Shown in pieces: positions 1-13,956 of a stretch of DNA of 64,000 nucleotides (its first letter is position 1; each line of letters opens with the position of its first letter). A model generated the notes under the pieces. That model worked only from the letters and a program-made list of their open reading frames with translations. It did no database searches and was not told the origin of the DNA. The position numbers and the translations under genes were made by a program. The DNA is from Balanoglossus misakiensis (lineage: Eukaryota; Animalia; Hemichordata). The stretch spans positions 11,344,286 to 11,408,285 of the forward strand of contig CM082581.2 in the NCBI GenBank assembly GCA_040954595.2. The letters are read 5' to 3'.

Positions 1-76
1 TTACCAGCAGAGTGCCGCCATCATATCAATGATCAGTAGCTTCTTACAAAACGCTGACTATTCTGTCATTTCTTAG

Positions 77-212
77 GGAGCTCATTAAAATAAGGGAAGC
101 TTGGACCGTCTGCGGCAAATGCCTAATGAGGATCGGGACGAAAACCAAATCGTCAGACGAGGAGATTGCGATCGACGATGCTTTATGGGCAGCGGGAAAA
201 AACATGAAGTGA
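77..212 (+). CDS. Possible last coding exon of a gene lying left of the window (ELIKIREAWTVCGKCLMRIGTKTKSSDEEIAIDDALWAAGKNMK*)
   Basis: Pyrimidine-rich acceptor TTCTGTCATTTCTTAG (61-76), 44 open codons with coding-like composition, TGA at 210-212, AATAAA at 278-283. Product not recognised. Confidence 0.4.
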
Positions 213-3200
213 AATGAATAGACGGACAAAGTTTTGTCTGCTCGGACTGTCGAAACAAGATACCCACAAATGACTTGAATAAACATTCCCATTTGTTTTA
301 AAAAGATAATGCACACTTTATGTGCAACTGCATCAACTTGTGACATATCCCCTGTACTTTCATTTTAGACGTTTCCTAACTAAGAAGCTTGATAGCATGG
401 CGCATATGGAACATTTGACAAGCCACTAAATATCACTTAACGTTTAAGTAAACAGTGGATATGAAAAGCGTAGCAACAGGCCCTTAACCAGGGTAACTCA
501 TTAAAAGTTAATTTTCCATTTTTATCAAGGGTTCCCGGGGGTTGGAAAGGAGACAATTAAAATGAAACAAGTTGGTCGCTGGCTGTTATTGAACGTATGA
601 ACGTTTTGATGGCTCCCTTTCAACTTCCTTGATGTAATTCATTATTTAATCTTGAGACATCCTTGAGTTCTTATCAACGCTGCTCTAGATGTTTTGAGAA
701 ATAAACTTACTTGGTAACGGTTCAGACAGGGAAACCCAAGGGGATCAAACTCGAAAACTCCATCCTTCTTTAACTTAGTTTAGAGTCATCGAAAATTTCA
801 TTCCAATCTCTCTAGGTCAGAAGCAATGTTTTCGATTGAATGGCCATCGTTAATCCGCTGCCGAATTTTTCTTCAAGTGGTGTGTATGTTTCCGACAAAG
901 CAAATTTTTGATCCCTAACGATCTGTTTGATGTCGAATCATCGCGCGTTCAAAGTTAGAGAAGGTTCGCCGCGACTGACTATTTGCGATGCTCAGTCGAT
1001 CGAGAAGTACCTGTTTCAGCGATGCGAGCTTTTCCTCCGCCCGGAAAACTTAACATGTTCTGTGACGGTCGTGTTGAGACTGCTGCGGGCAAGATAAAAC
1101 GATTGTTTCTGTGAAATTGCCAGAATCGCGCGTTTGCGGAGTCGAACTAATCTTGCGTTAACATCTTCAAGGCTCATCAGCGCGTACCTTTTCCCCCCAG
1201 AGGCATTGCCCTTGTTTTGTGGGAGTTTCCTTTGTGTGTAACCGAGCGCAGCGTGCGATTTTAGTTCTTGAAACACCATATCAGTCCGACCACCACACCT
1301 TTGATCAATTGCCGAATGTCTATAATTGTATACATATTCACAGTAATGCAGTTTAACATGCAAGTTCGGCATACGAAAAATTCAAAGAGAATTTCCAGAA
1401 AAGAAGGAAACTATCACACATGAGGAGATGAAACCCGTACTTAATAATAATAATGACATCGCAACAGAGCTTCCAGACAGGCGTCGCGAACATTCGCAAA
1501 GTAATTTGACGAGTTGTTAATTATTCAAGTCTCAGTCCTGGACAGTTCCGGTAATGGATGTCTGACGCGTGATCCTGCATTTTTGGTGGTAGTCATGCGG
1601 TCCGCAAATCCATCATTACAACTTTCCAGTCAGTCGTTTAAAGCGAAAAAGTCTATATCTGTGTTATGCGTCACTAAAATAGCCCGCAGTTGTTGCTGCA
1701 AATAGCACATTACACATCAAGCAATCTAAAGCCTTCCCGAACGTCGGCATAGATTCTCGCCAGTATTTTACTTTGCCTTCCAGCATTTTGTGAGAGACAT
1801 TGTAGCCTAGCAACAAGACTTTGCATAACCTCTCTGCCAATGATTCATATCCTCGCCTTATCGCACACACTACTTTGTCTTCATATCGATTTTTTATCAT
1901 CATCACTCCTATTTTATAGATATTACATATCGCCAGTCAATCCCAACAATCCACAATTGGAATTGATTGCCTCTAGTCGGCGATAATAATATAACTCGAC
2001 ATTGATAAAAGTTTGGCTATCTTTAATAGTCAAGAACAGATTTTGAGAACGGTAAATATTGCTATAGTACATGTATGCGTGTGCACCTGCAACGATATGG
2101 GGCAAGTATGAGTAAAGTTCAGCCCTGTACATTTTATATTTTCTCGCTCACGCAGGAAAAAATAAACAAAAATGACAAATTAAATTTGGCGAAACAAATC
2201 CTAGAGTGCATTGGATAAGGGCTTGGCTGGCCAGGAGATTAGAAGGAATATTCACGGGATCACAACGCATCACGGAATGGCAAGCTTTCGGGCTTTTGTC
2301 GTCTTAAGGGCATTGATTAATTATTGAGACTAAGTCCCGACATGTGACATTGCCGAGAAAGTATGATTTTCATCTAATCAGCGCGTCTCAAGGTGTGACA
2401 TGGGAGATTGAACAATGACCTACTCGCTCTGTAGTTAAAAGTGTGATGAAATATCGGCCGAAAATAGACACCGTTGAGAGAGTCATACACCTGGGTATTT
2501 CCCCCACAATTGTGTCTGGACAGAAGAAGTTGCATCTGGCTTTCCTTTCCTTTGCTTCACTTTTCTTCTGAAGGATCAATCCAAGTGGATGAATAAACCT
2601 TTCTCCTTTTTTGACACCTTTACCGCTATCTCGTTCATGAATATCGTCTCACGGTGTGAACTATGACGTCAGAATGAAATCAGTGCTGAGCTGGGAACAG
2701 TGCCCACGACACTGCGTTGCCTGGATTTGACCCGTGTGTTCATTTCGAGTTAATAAGGGCGAGGAGAAGCTATTGATTCGAGACGAAAGCTAAATCAAGC
2801 AGATATTAACCAGAAGATGAAGACATGAAAATCTCCACTTAGAAATTACTGTGAATGGGCTCGATACAGAAGGAAGAGGAGTTGTACCTTAGGTTAATGT
2901 AACCAACATCTCTTAGATACCAAGCTACTAACAGATTCTCCTCCAACCAAGACAACGCTACGTGACATGCATTTTTCAGCTTTCATCTTTTCCTTTAACT
3001 AGGCAGAACATTTAAATTAATAGGCAGAAAGTGTTTGGATAGGTGAATACTGAAGAAGGCATGGCAAATTCTATGTTTTGATCCGAGGACTATCTTTAGA
3101 CTCACAGGTTCGATATTTTCATTTGAGCGCCTCGCTCTCGGCTGGTTTCATCAACATGACAGCTTTTCGTCTGCATCAGATTTTGAACCCTGGTTTCTCA

Positions 3201-6200
3201 GTTATCCATACGTACGTACCCATTCTCAAAATTTAAAATAAATTAAATTAACTCTCTTGTGAAATAATGCAAATCTTGTTAGATGTTATTAATTGAAATT
3301 CTAATCGTGCGATCAATCCCCTTAAAGGGACACATCTTTTCTTTATACCTTATGAGTCTTATTCACATTGCTTCCATCAACGCCCACATGATTCCATAGT
3401 TGCAAATATTGTCCTACCCCAGCTAAGGCTGGCCAAAATACCGAACTTTAACTCATCCAGTGTCAAAATGGTCCATCTTGGACGAGGATGACACATTGTG
3501 CCATATGGTGATATTTGATCATACTTTTCGGTTGCTGCAAATGCTATTTTAGGTTGTCGCTGCGAACCGTGACAATTTTTTCACATACCAGGCTAATTAG
3601 AACAACTGAAAAATAAAACAGTGTCTTGAATTCAAAGCGAATTGAGACTGCGAGAACACATTTGGGTGAATTCGAACGGAAAGAAAGGGCTTTCCTTGTA
3701 ATATACGCAGATTAACACTGCGCCGGGAAGATTTAATTTGCAAGCTAAGTGTCTTGGTGATAGCAAAGGACCGGCCATATATCATTCTACTTTAAACGAA
3801 ATCGATATGTCTTCCTGTCAACACTGGGTCATCTGTTAGAACATCTTCGTTTCTTGAATCATTTTAATCCACCTGTGCCGCGCATGTCAAGTCGTGCAGC
3901 CTCTAGACGAGTCCTGCTAACTGTACCACTAAATCTAAAAATAATTGATGGGATAAACCTTTTACGATAGAATCGAAAATTAGTCTCCTGTAAGTTTTCT
4001 GTTAATTGTACTTTTCAAAGAATCCTTGCCATTCCGACTGGTGCAACAATTTCTTTGATTCATGTAGAGCATGCGGTTCATTATTAGTGTGCTATCGTAG
4101 CAAGCATAAACAAACTGACCAAAGACGACTGGAAAGTGTTTGGGAGATTGGCTTTCCCCAGCAGACCCAATTTTATCATCGCTTATTGCAAGGAGGACCC
4201 ATTACTGTAAATTAAGAATTTCGTTGCCGCAGGTAGTAAAAATGGAGATCCTGCGGCTGTACTCTTCGCCGAGGAATTCCAAGTAATGGACACAGATCCG
4301 ACAGCACAGACAAAACACTGAACGCATGGCGACTTGCTAATAGTCCCGTGCTTTTAATCACCCCAAGGAACAGCAGCGTTTTAATGTCTGAATTGTGACA
4401 TCGCAAGCCTACAGACAAAGCAATATACGTATAGTTTCCAGGCGCGGCATGTTTACTGTTACTATGGCAACATTCATCTATGAAAAATATGTGTACCAAC
4501 TGTACTATAGCAAAAAAAAACAAGCTTATTAGTGTAAACGGCTTCGGTGTCGAAATCTCTGTTTGACTAAAGTTCAAAGAGACGTTAAAGTTCAGCGGTC
4601 AACTATCCACTGCAGAGGTAGTTATGGAGTGTTTGGAATTTTTAAAATTCCTTCTGATTTACTAGACACGATGCCGCTATCCAGTGTGTACTTTTGACAA
4701 GATACGGATGCCTCTGGTTGGGAATCGAAAAATAAAATCAAAGTAAGTATCAACAAATAAACAAACAACGACATCTGCATTTTATTACTCGTAATCAGTG
4801 ACGAAGAAAACGTTGCTTGGAGAGTGACGAGGTTACACTGCCTCGCTTCTCTCTATTGTAGGCTGTACACGATCATTATTCTGATACTCTGCCATTAATT
4901 TCCGTTCCAGGAACAATCATTGTCAACGAAATGAGTCTCCGCCGTTGTGTCTGTAGCAGGATAAAGATTCGACGGCAAGAAACTGATATTGGAAATGAAT
5001 ATTTACACTCTGTTCACGTTCTCTCCTCTGCTGCACTGCAGCATCAACCCATAGACCGTCGGGTTTTTGATGACGATGATGATGGTGATGATTAAGATGG
5101 TGACACTTTTCGATTCTGCTGCTACTGTAGCAGTCGAGTGAGGAGTTACATCAACGGCCTGCCATAAAAATCCCATGATGAAACTACAGTGTCAAACGTT
5201 TACCTATTTTTAGAAATTTACAACATACATATTGAATTTGTCTGATTACGCCAAGAACCACGAGTACAATTGACCTCCGCAAATTGATTTCTGAAGAGTG
5301 TATACAATTAACCCATTTAATGACACCATTATTGCAAATTGTAGCGTTAAGGGGAGCCCTTATTCGCATGGTTTTTAATTCGTGGGTGTAAATAATTGCT
5401 GAACGATTTTCACTGTGTAATTTCTCACTTCCATTGGGCGGACAATCATCTTGATCGCCAATCATCTTTGCATCTTTCCCTACTAGAAAAGCAATCATTT
5501 TGACTGGAACAGATAATTAAAATCCTATTTGTCAGACGTCGGCCATAGATAAAACGTCTCTTCCCCACTGGCCTTGTTTTTGATGTTTGAGACACCTTGT
5601 GCTGGCGACAGGTTCAACACGGTTGTGGGAGTTTCTACGAGACTGCGGTGACGACTCTCTTTCTCTCCCTGTCTCGAGACGCCAGCATGGCAAACTAGAC
5701 ATCCATCATGTTGGTGCCATAGGACATGTGGGTCAGTAAAACATCTCGCAACTCATCCATGAATTTTCAAGAAACATGCTGAGAGCTGGGTGAAAGCGGG
5801 TGGAACCCTACAACAAGGCAGTCGAATGAGAATTGAACTTTACTGATGATTGCTGTATATCACAGACTATAAAGTTGTATGTTTGATGCCATAACAGAAG
5901 TTGAAATGGAGCAGTTGTCTTTTTCAAACATACTCAATATCAGCTAGTGCACACATCGGAGTATTATATCATCGTACGTGGAATAGAAGAAAATGATATT
6001 TGCATCACATGATGCATTGAATGCATGTGATATGGCAGATATGTAAACTCTGATCCATATGGGTCACAGTTTATCTGTCTAATATTTGTAATATGACGAT
6101 AGTAGGGTGATACTAGGTTATAGAGGAATTCTTGGAAACATGTGTTTTGATATATCCTTCAGATGTCAGAAGAGGATGAACTGCCCCCTAGCGTTCAAAT

Positions 6201-9200
6201 CATGACAAGCATGAGACTGTTGCTTTAATTATAAGTTTAAACTTCTATTGACGTCGCAGACGGTCTTTCTTGTGTCAATGATGCTAGTACGGCGATTTTG
6301 AAAATTGGTTATTGTTCCTGTATATCTATATTTCTGCTGCCGCAGATCATAGATAAGAAGGGTGACTCCTATACGGCTGCTTAATGTCTGCCTAATAGAA
6401 TTATTGAGTATGTACTTTTTGTTGTCAGCAAAATAAAAGTCATCTCTATCAGAGTCCATCATGTGCAAATAAATAAGTTAGTCCCTGTTGACATGCAGCT
6501 TATATGTCTTTGTTTGAAAAATGCCAGGAAATCGAGACGTCGTGGCCAAAATGTCAATGTGAGTTTAAATTTGATGGAGCATAATAAAAGAACTCTGTGA
6601 CGTTTAGGCGCCATCTGTTCGGTACTGAAGAAATCCTGGTGTGGAGTATTCTCTTGAACTCTCGTGGGCAACACTCGTTTTGATGCGAAATACACCACAT
6701 CATCCGTCAAAATAACTTCTGTACCACACAGATGGCGCACAGAGGTCATGGAATTCAATCATAGTATTTATCTGAGATAACGTGATCAAATGCACTGTGT
6801 CAGAGATGTGTTAACATCTACTGACACAGGGTACACTATCTTTTAACATCGGTCACCTGCCAAATGTACAGTGTTCTAGAGGATTCTATAAATGTTTTTA
6901 TTGGCAGAACTATTTTCCATTTCTAATCAGTATTACATTTTAACAGATACATATATACCGGGAGTAGATACTAAGCTAGATTGATAGACAGATACATACT
7001 TGTAGATGGTAGATACATAGACAACTACATATGCATGAGCTCCTGCTAACTAAAGGTACAGTCTTGATTTAAATACATTCGACTCACGCTAATGTAAGTG
7101 ATTGAAAACATATGAAATGCATCACAAGTCTGCGACCCGGAAACTTTGCTTCATAGCCACAAGTAACGTAACTATTAACATAAAACAGTTCCTTAAATAC
7201 ATAATTTAACATTTTCACTTTATCATATTCACTCCTGTCTTGCTCCATCCTTGTTAATTATTTTTCCAATATCTGCAAATCTCCGCGATTTTGAAGTTTA
7301 ATTTATTACAAAAGCAATAGCAATTTTGTTATGGGCGATGATGGCTGCTCAGGTGGGAATGACACAAGCACTCTGCTCTTTCTGGGAGCCTAGTGGCATA
7401 AATTATTCGGCTCAAGGTGTTCGGCAGGATTTTCCGAAAGCGCGGCCCCTTGACTGTTTGCTCAGCAATGACGTCAAAGCTTGACTTCTGAAGTGGAGAC
7501 GATTGTTTTCACCGTCTAAAGAATTTTATTACTAAAAGACGCTTTCCACGTGAAACGAATAAGTCTTTTTGTTACAAACTATAAATAGGTTTCACTCAAA
7601 ATGTTGTCTATGCTTGTTCCGATATAAAGCATAAATTACACAGTAGAGTTGACCTTAAAAGTGTTAAAATTATTTTATGAGAGGTGTTTAAAATTTGCAA
7701 TCTAATGACCCATGTGTAAACAATGAAACCTTCATTTCTAGGTTCCCGAATATTTAGATTTGAAATAATATATTTATATGATAATTGTTTGAAATGGCTC
7801 TTTCTTTTCGTCTACCATGCATTTACCACTGTGCACTTTTCAACTTTAGTTGTTGCTGTTTACCCAACGTCGATGGCTACGATGAAAAGAGAACGGCAAG
7901 TCGCAGAAATTGGAACACAGCGGTTAAACTGCGACTAGAAAGAGTTTATGGCAATTGTGGCTTAGATCCGCTTGGAAATCCCCAAACGACTGGTATTTTC
8001 TTTTCAATAACCCGAAGGGGCATGGAATGCCTTCCCTTCGAGACCAATTATCAGTACATGCGGGAAAACTTGACCAACAGGCCCACGCGTATTCAAACCA
8101 CAGAACCACTACAGACGTATATATCCAAAATGCATAACAGTTGCAGAATGGTTCGAGTATCAAGATAACTATAGCCAGGAGATCAGAAGATAAATGCAGC
8201 CAGGATGGTATAGATATGTCTTATCTGTACCGCCCTCTCTCGACCTTTCACCTTTGGGCCAGCATCTGCACGATAATGAACGGGATCGCTTGACAACCAA
8301 AATTCGTGTGGTCTTTTAGCAGAAAATATACATAATCAGAAACCCAAGATGCGGACAAGCGTAAATTGCCTAAAATGACAGTGGCAAGAAACTAAAACGA
8401 AACCATTTTGTTCCACACGTCAACACACATAATCACTATCAGGCACTTAATAACCATCATGAACAGAGGATGTACATGTAACCTTTCCAACACCTGTGTA
8501 CCGGTACGTCATCGCACCGACACAATATGGAAAACGGAATTAGGTTAACGGGCCATCATTTGCCAAATAACCATTTTGCCCAATTACGGTAAAATTGATG
8601 CTAACACTTCTGACAACTTTGTCATTTCTTATTTTACTACCAATAAACGCTACATTGTATGTTATGTCGGCTTTTTAAACGTACATGTATATCATCAGAA
8701 CCATCAAATACCCGGTACACGCCTCGAATTTGGGCTAATGTCGTCACACTATAACAGGACCACATTTGTCTCAAATATTATCAAAGTGTTCAGCACGATT
8801 ATCCGTTATCACCAACAAACATTTTACAAAAGTCAACGTCCTCTGAAGCCTGATCACTTTGCGACTGGTCAGGGCAAAAACTTTCAACCGAAAGGTGTCA
8901 AGTGGTTATATCTCATGTGACAGCTACTTTACTTGACTCGCTAACAACCCTCTCTACACCTGTGTTATAAGCAGTGTCCAAATTGGTCAACCTCGAGGCA
9001 TATTCACGCTGTAATCTTCTGAGATGTGTGGTTTCTTAATAATCCTTTCTTTCTGCAGGAAAATTAGTGGGTGTAATGAGAGAGAAGGTCGTAAACACAT
9101 TTTGAAGGGGAAGGGAATCACCTTGATGACGGATTGCAGTCAGATCAAAACACTGAAGGGCTCTTGTCCGTCCCCTATATACCCCTATTAAGACTTGTTA

Positions 9201-10101
9201 TTATTCCTTGAATTGCGTAGACAGATTGGTTACCATGACAACAAAAGGGTTCGGCAAGGTCGAAGGAAAACAAGGGGATTGTTTTGTAACCAAAAGGTGA
9301 ACCCAAGAGATCACACTGAAGGACTCTATGTGCTACCGGTTTGCTTTCTTTAAAGACACGAATGAATCCCGATCATTGACGTTATAACGTTTCATTGTAA
9401 ATGTCCTAACCATTAAAGAAATAGTCAAATGCACAGTCACACAAACAAGTCAAAAATTAAAAAGAGACTTCGTTATCAAAATCGGATTCTGGAGGATTAT
9501 CACTCACTGAAGGCAAATACATGGTTAGTGTCAATTGTGTAGATAATCGCTGCCGCTGGAGAATATTTGGATTAAAATTGGAAACTTCAGATTTAATGCC
9601 CCATACACACAATTGTGTTTCCTTGCTGGTTGTGAGAATTTTCATAAAGATAATCTGTGGATTTGATGGAATGATCTGTCTGTCACGAGTTAGCCGTTTC
9701 TAATAATGTTCCTGAAATATTGAAGACTCTCTATTCAACTTGATCAGACCTTCAACTTCACAACATCAATATTTCGCCTAGAAGCTGATGGTGTCAATTG
9801 AAGGAGCTCCACCAGGAGCAAATAGGATGTCTTAAGACGTGACAATGTTAAAAAAAATCTAAGTAGAAGTTTGAAATCGTAGATGAAACTGGCAGTTAGT
9901 ATGGTGCATATGGGTTCATCGTCAGATGATTATGAAAGAATGGCGTTCACATGAATTTTTTGTTGAAACAATGGTAACACTTAGAATCATTGTGATACTA
10001 TTGTTATCCACTAAGAGTTGTTACAGAGCACATTGATGATAAAATACTCCTGGATGGTAATGGCAATTACAAAGTGATTACTACGTAGGATCTGAGAAAC
10101 C

Positions 10102-10149
10102 TCTATCATTATTACCTGGTTGAAATCTATCATTATTACCTGGTTGAAA
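10102..10149. repeat. Perfect 24-bp tandem duplication (TCTATCATTATTACCTGGTTGAAA x2)
   Basis: Two identical adjacent copies at 10102-10125 and 10126-10149. Confidence 0.95.
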
Positions 10150-13100
10150 GAACAAACGAAATGGAAACGGAAAACTGTCATGTGCTATTTTACGATTTAA
10201 TAGTTCTCACTTCACGTCTCGTATATTAATATAGGGACTGTGAAAACATGCATAAATAGCATGTCACAATTACGATAAATAGCTTTTCGTAAACTATTAT
10301 ATCAACCGCAGCCATAAAGATTATTCCATAAAAAAGCTATATACACTCCTGTGACAATTTTATCACGCTCGTTTCACAGGCATTTTTTCTCTTGAAACTG
10401 GATTATAGAAACGCCAAGTATTTGAAAGGCGTCTGAACTGCGTGTCTTTTCACACGTATTGGACATTGTTCTCGAATCTGAGTAAATACACTGATCTTTT
10501 GAGACTAGCACGTTGCTGATTGGGGTATGAGTGAAAAATGTTATATTCCACTTGAATGGATGTGTTTATGCGGACTGACTGTGTGCCCATACACTCTATC
10601 GGCGCCATAAACATTACTGCATTTTGTGCGCCTTGTTTCACCACCTGTTGCGAGTGACGCGCAAAGCGTGTGATCGCCACGGCTTCCCATCGTCGACAAG
10701 GTAACACATGGTTAGTTTCCACGACTACGGGAGCCGCGCAAACAGTCTGCAAGGGCACTTTTAACGTGATAAATGGGTTTGGACGTCACGAACAGTGACA
10801 TTCATAACGAGATCTTTAAAAATTTAAATTGGTGTTTAGTTACATCACCCGGACACACACTTAAAGTGAGGTTTGGGGCATGACTCTGTCCTTAACTCTC
10901 ATTTAACATTCATGGAAAAGTTGTAACTGTCGCAAGAGTATTTGTGATTTATTCATAATCATTCAATCAATCAATTAAACAATCAATCAGCCAACCAATC
11001 AGTTAAACATATACAGAATGCCGTTTAATCATTTGTAGGTCAGGGCGAAGAAAAACACAATCTTACAGATATTAATTTATAATCTATCAATTTAACATGC
11101 GCGTAACGGCGTTTAAATCATCTGAACTTAGAAATACGTTCTTGTCCTGATATATGCACCAGTACTATTTTAAATCTAGAATGAGTCGTGTACTATTAAT
11201 TTATGGGCGCTTGCTCGACACGGGTTGCTATAATTATTTCAAGAAAGTAACTTTCTCGTCATTTATTATCCGCGCTATAATTGATGTGAAAATACCTGCC
11301 ATGAACAGAAGTAGGTGATATTACATTCTTATGTTAGCATTATCAATCAAGAAAAGGCTGTAAGTGTCATATTTTACAACTCTGAAATGTTAGCTTTCCA
11401 TGCGTTAATGATGGTTGCAACTCAACTAATCCAGTCTATATAATCTACGTAGTAATATTCTTGTAAGTGTCATATTTAATCACATTAAAACCATTAAAAA
11501 TTAAAACGCTTTTTCTGCCTAGACCTTTATTAAGTCCTTTATATTTATCTTGCTTTGGTTAAATCCAGCCTTTGGGACAGATGTATTCAACAAAACAACA
11601 CACATAACTTGTTTTCTGCGCAGCTGGAAAAAGCATCAATTGCAATCAAGGAATCAGTTCTAAATCTTAAAAAAATTAAGATATCAATTTGTCGCTACTT
11701 CCCAACGGGCGTCGTTATTTTCTGTCCCGCTGCCCCTACAGCTGATTGACAGCGAAGTCAGACAGTTGCGCGAGTTAAACAACACAGGGGATGTCATAAA
11801 ACGTCGGTTAATGAATACCCTATGAAAGATTGAAACGGAATTTTTTTTATTGAAATGCTGGGGGAGTTGTATCGTATTTCATTCGTACAGTTGGGATTTT
11901 TTAATTAAAGTGGAAGTGTACTGTAGCCATGAGCGGAGAACGGGTGGTCTGTGCAGTAACTATCCCGGGTTTGTACTTTGTATCGCGGCGTGTCCCGACA
12001 ACACATTACACTGAAGTAATCCCTTTACTAGCATGGGTAGTATTCTTTAAGCGTTCTCAATTTAACGATTGTTAAGCGAACTGGGAAGAATACCGTAGAG
12101 TCAGGAAGTGCATTCGACAATATCTAACAAGTATTTTATTTGCTTTGTTGATATTGTCATTAGGCTAGTGGATTTTGATGGCTCTCTTTCAGAGGGAAAT
12201 ACAAATATAAATGTTTTATTTTCCATTTGGTTTTTACAACGCGGGCATTGTGACGCATGCGTAGTCATTCGATTATGGCTAATGTCTGCTTTGATGAGTT
12301 GCCTCCTCGTGAAAGCAGTTAAACCAGAGAGTGCCATCTCCACCATAAACCCCTTTGATGGAGACGGGCCGCCCTTATAGCACCTCGTAAGTCATGATCA
12401 AATCAGGCAAATATAAACTAGATGTACACTGTTCGACCGAGAAGTAATAAAGCATCTTTATGGTCACCTTCGAAAGCAATCCTGAACAAACAACGACTGA
12501 TTTTACGGTTTGCTTCAGTAACGTTGTCGTCTTTTTCTGAACTAAGTTGCCGGGGAAAAGTCGCCGTGCGTCGATTGTGTTCGCTCTAGAATTTAAAAAC
12601 AGTTCAATGAGACAAATCCGGTAAATTGAAAGACAAGTAGGTGTCAATACAAGAGTTCAGAGGGTTTTCTGTAATGTTTACGTTCTTGATTCTGATTTCT
12701 CCAATTTCTTCACTAGTCGAGTTGATTAGTTTACTATGGTCCCCTGGTTCTCAGGAAACACCTCATTTCCATATATATGAACCGGCTTCTCCGTCGCTAA
12801 GGGACAATTAAGCCTAGAAACTAATCACTTTGTTTTACATGATGCAAAACTTTGAAGTGTCCCCGTGATAAATTCCACCAGAATGAAATCTTGTCTAAGC
12901 AAAGTAATTTCTTTGCATTTTAAGGTTTGGGACTACTCATATAACTCAGTCAGGACTGCCAGAAAATCATAAATGATTTGATCTCAATTAATTATTTATA
13001 TCACAGTGTCAACTTTTACTGAAAATTATTACCTATATTCAAATTTAATGAAGCTTTTTTCTTTAAATTATTAAACAGCACGAATAACAGTTCAAACCAC

Positions 13101-13886
13101 AAATTGCTGTGACATGAAGTTATGTATTTTCGAATAAAAATTATTTTTCCGTTTTTTTTGTCGTCCTCATGATGTTATCGCCTGTATCGCAACATTCCTG
13201 GATAAAGGCATGCCCTACGGGTTATTTTACGGGGTTCTTACTGTCTCCGGTGGTTCAGCAGATTGCAAACTGAGAAACGTAACTTGCGAGATGGGACGTA
13301 CATTTCAGATGGACATTTCATCCAAGGTCCAGTCATAAAATGAGTATCCCCCCGTACTCCGATCAATTCAGAATTTAGATAGCGCGTAATTTTTATCCAG
13401 TGTGTCAATCTGATTAAGGCGAAAATAGCAAGTCATCAAACGCGATTTGCTCTGTTAAGCACCGCACTGATCAAGTACGAAGGCCTTCTCTTTACGTTTT
13501 TAAACAACACTCTGGATGATGGCTCTCTCATTACGTGTTCTGATAACATAATACACAGATGACTTCTGTAATCATTGGGTCTGACTAGATACAGCTTGGG
13601 GCGAAATATAATCACAAGAGAAGGAAAGGAAAGTACCCTCATTTAATCATCGGATGATCGGCTGGTACCAATTCAGGTTAACGATTCCCTCTGTATCTAG
13701 ACTAGCCCACTAGTACCTGGTGATTTTTTGTCTTTATAAAGATTCTCAACTGATTCAGTGTTTTCTTGCTTTGAGTGAGTTTCAGTACTGAGCTGAGTTT
13801 CGACTTCAGGGCTGGGGAGAACACTACTGATGAAATACACCATTTTTATACCGCCGATTACCGGTATGTATGTACATGTACAATAT

Positions 13887-13956
13887 CCACTAACACCACC
13901 ACCCACGCCGCCACCACCAAAACCACCACCACAACCGCCACCACCATCACCATCAT
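13887..13956. repeat. Imperfect (CCA)n microsatellite
   Basis: Run of CCA/CCG/CAT triplets; explains the poly-Gly, poly-Thr and poly-Val ORFs here. Confidence 0.9.
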
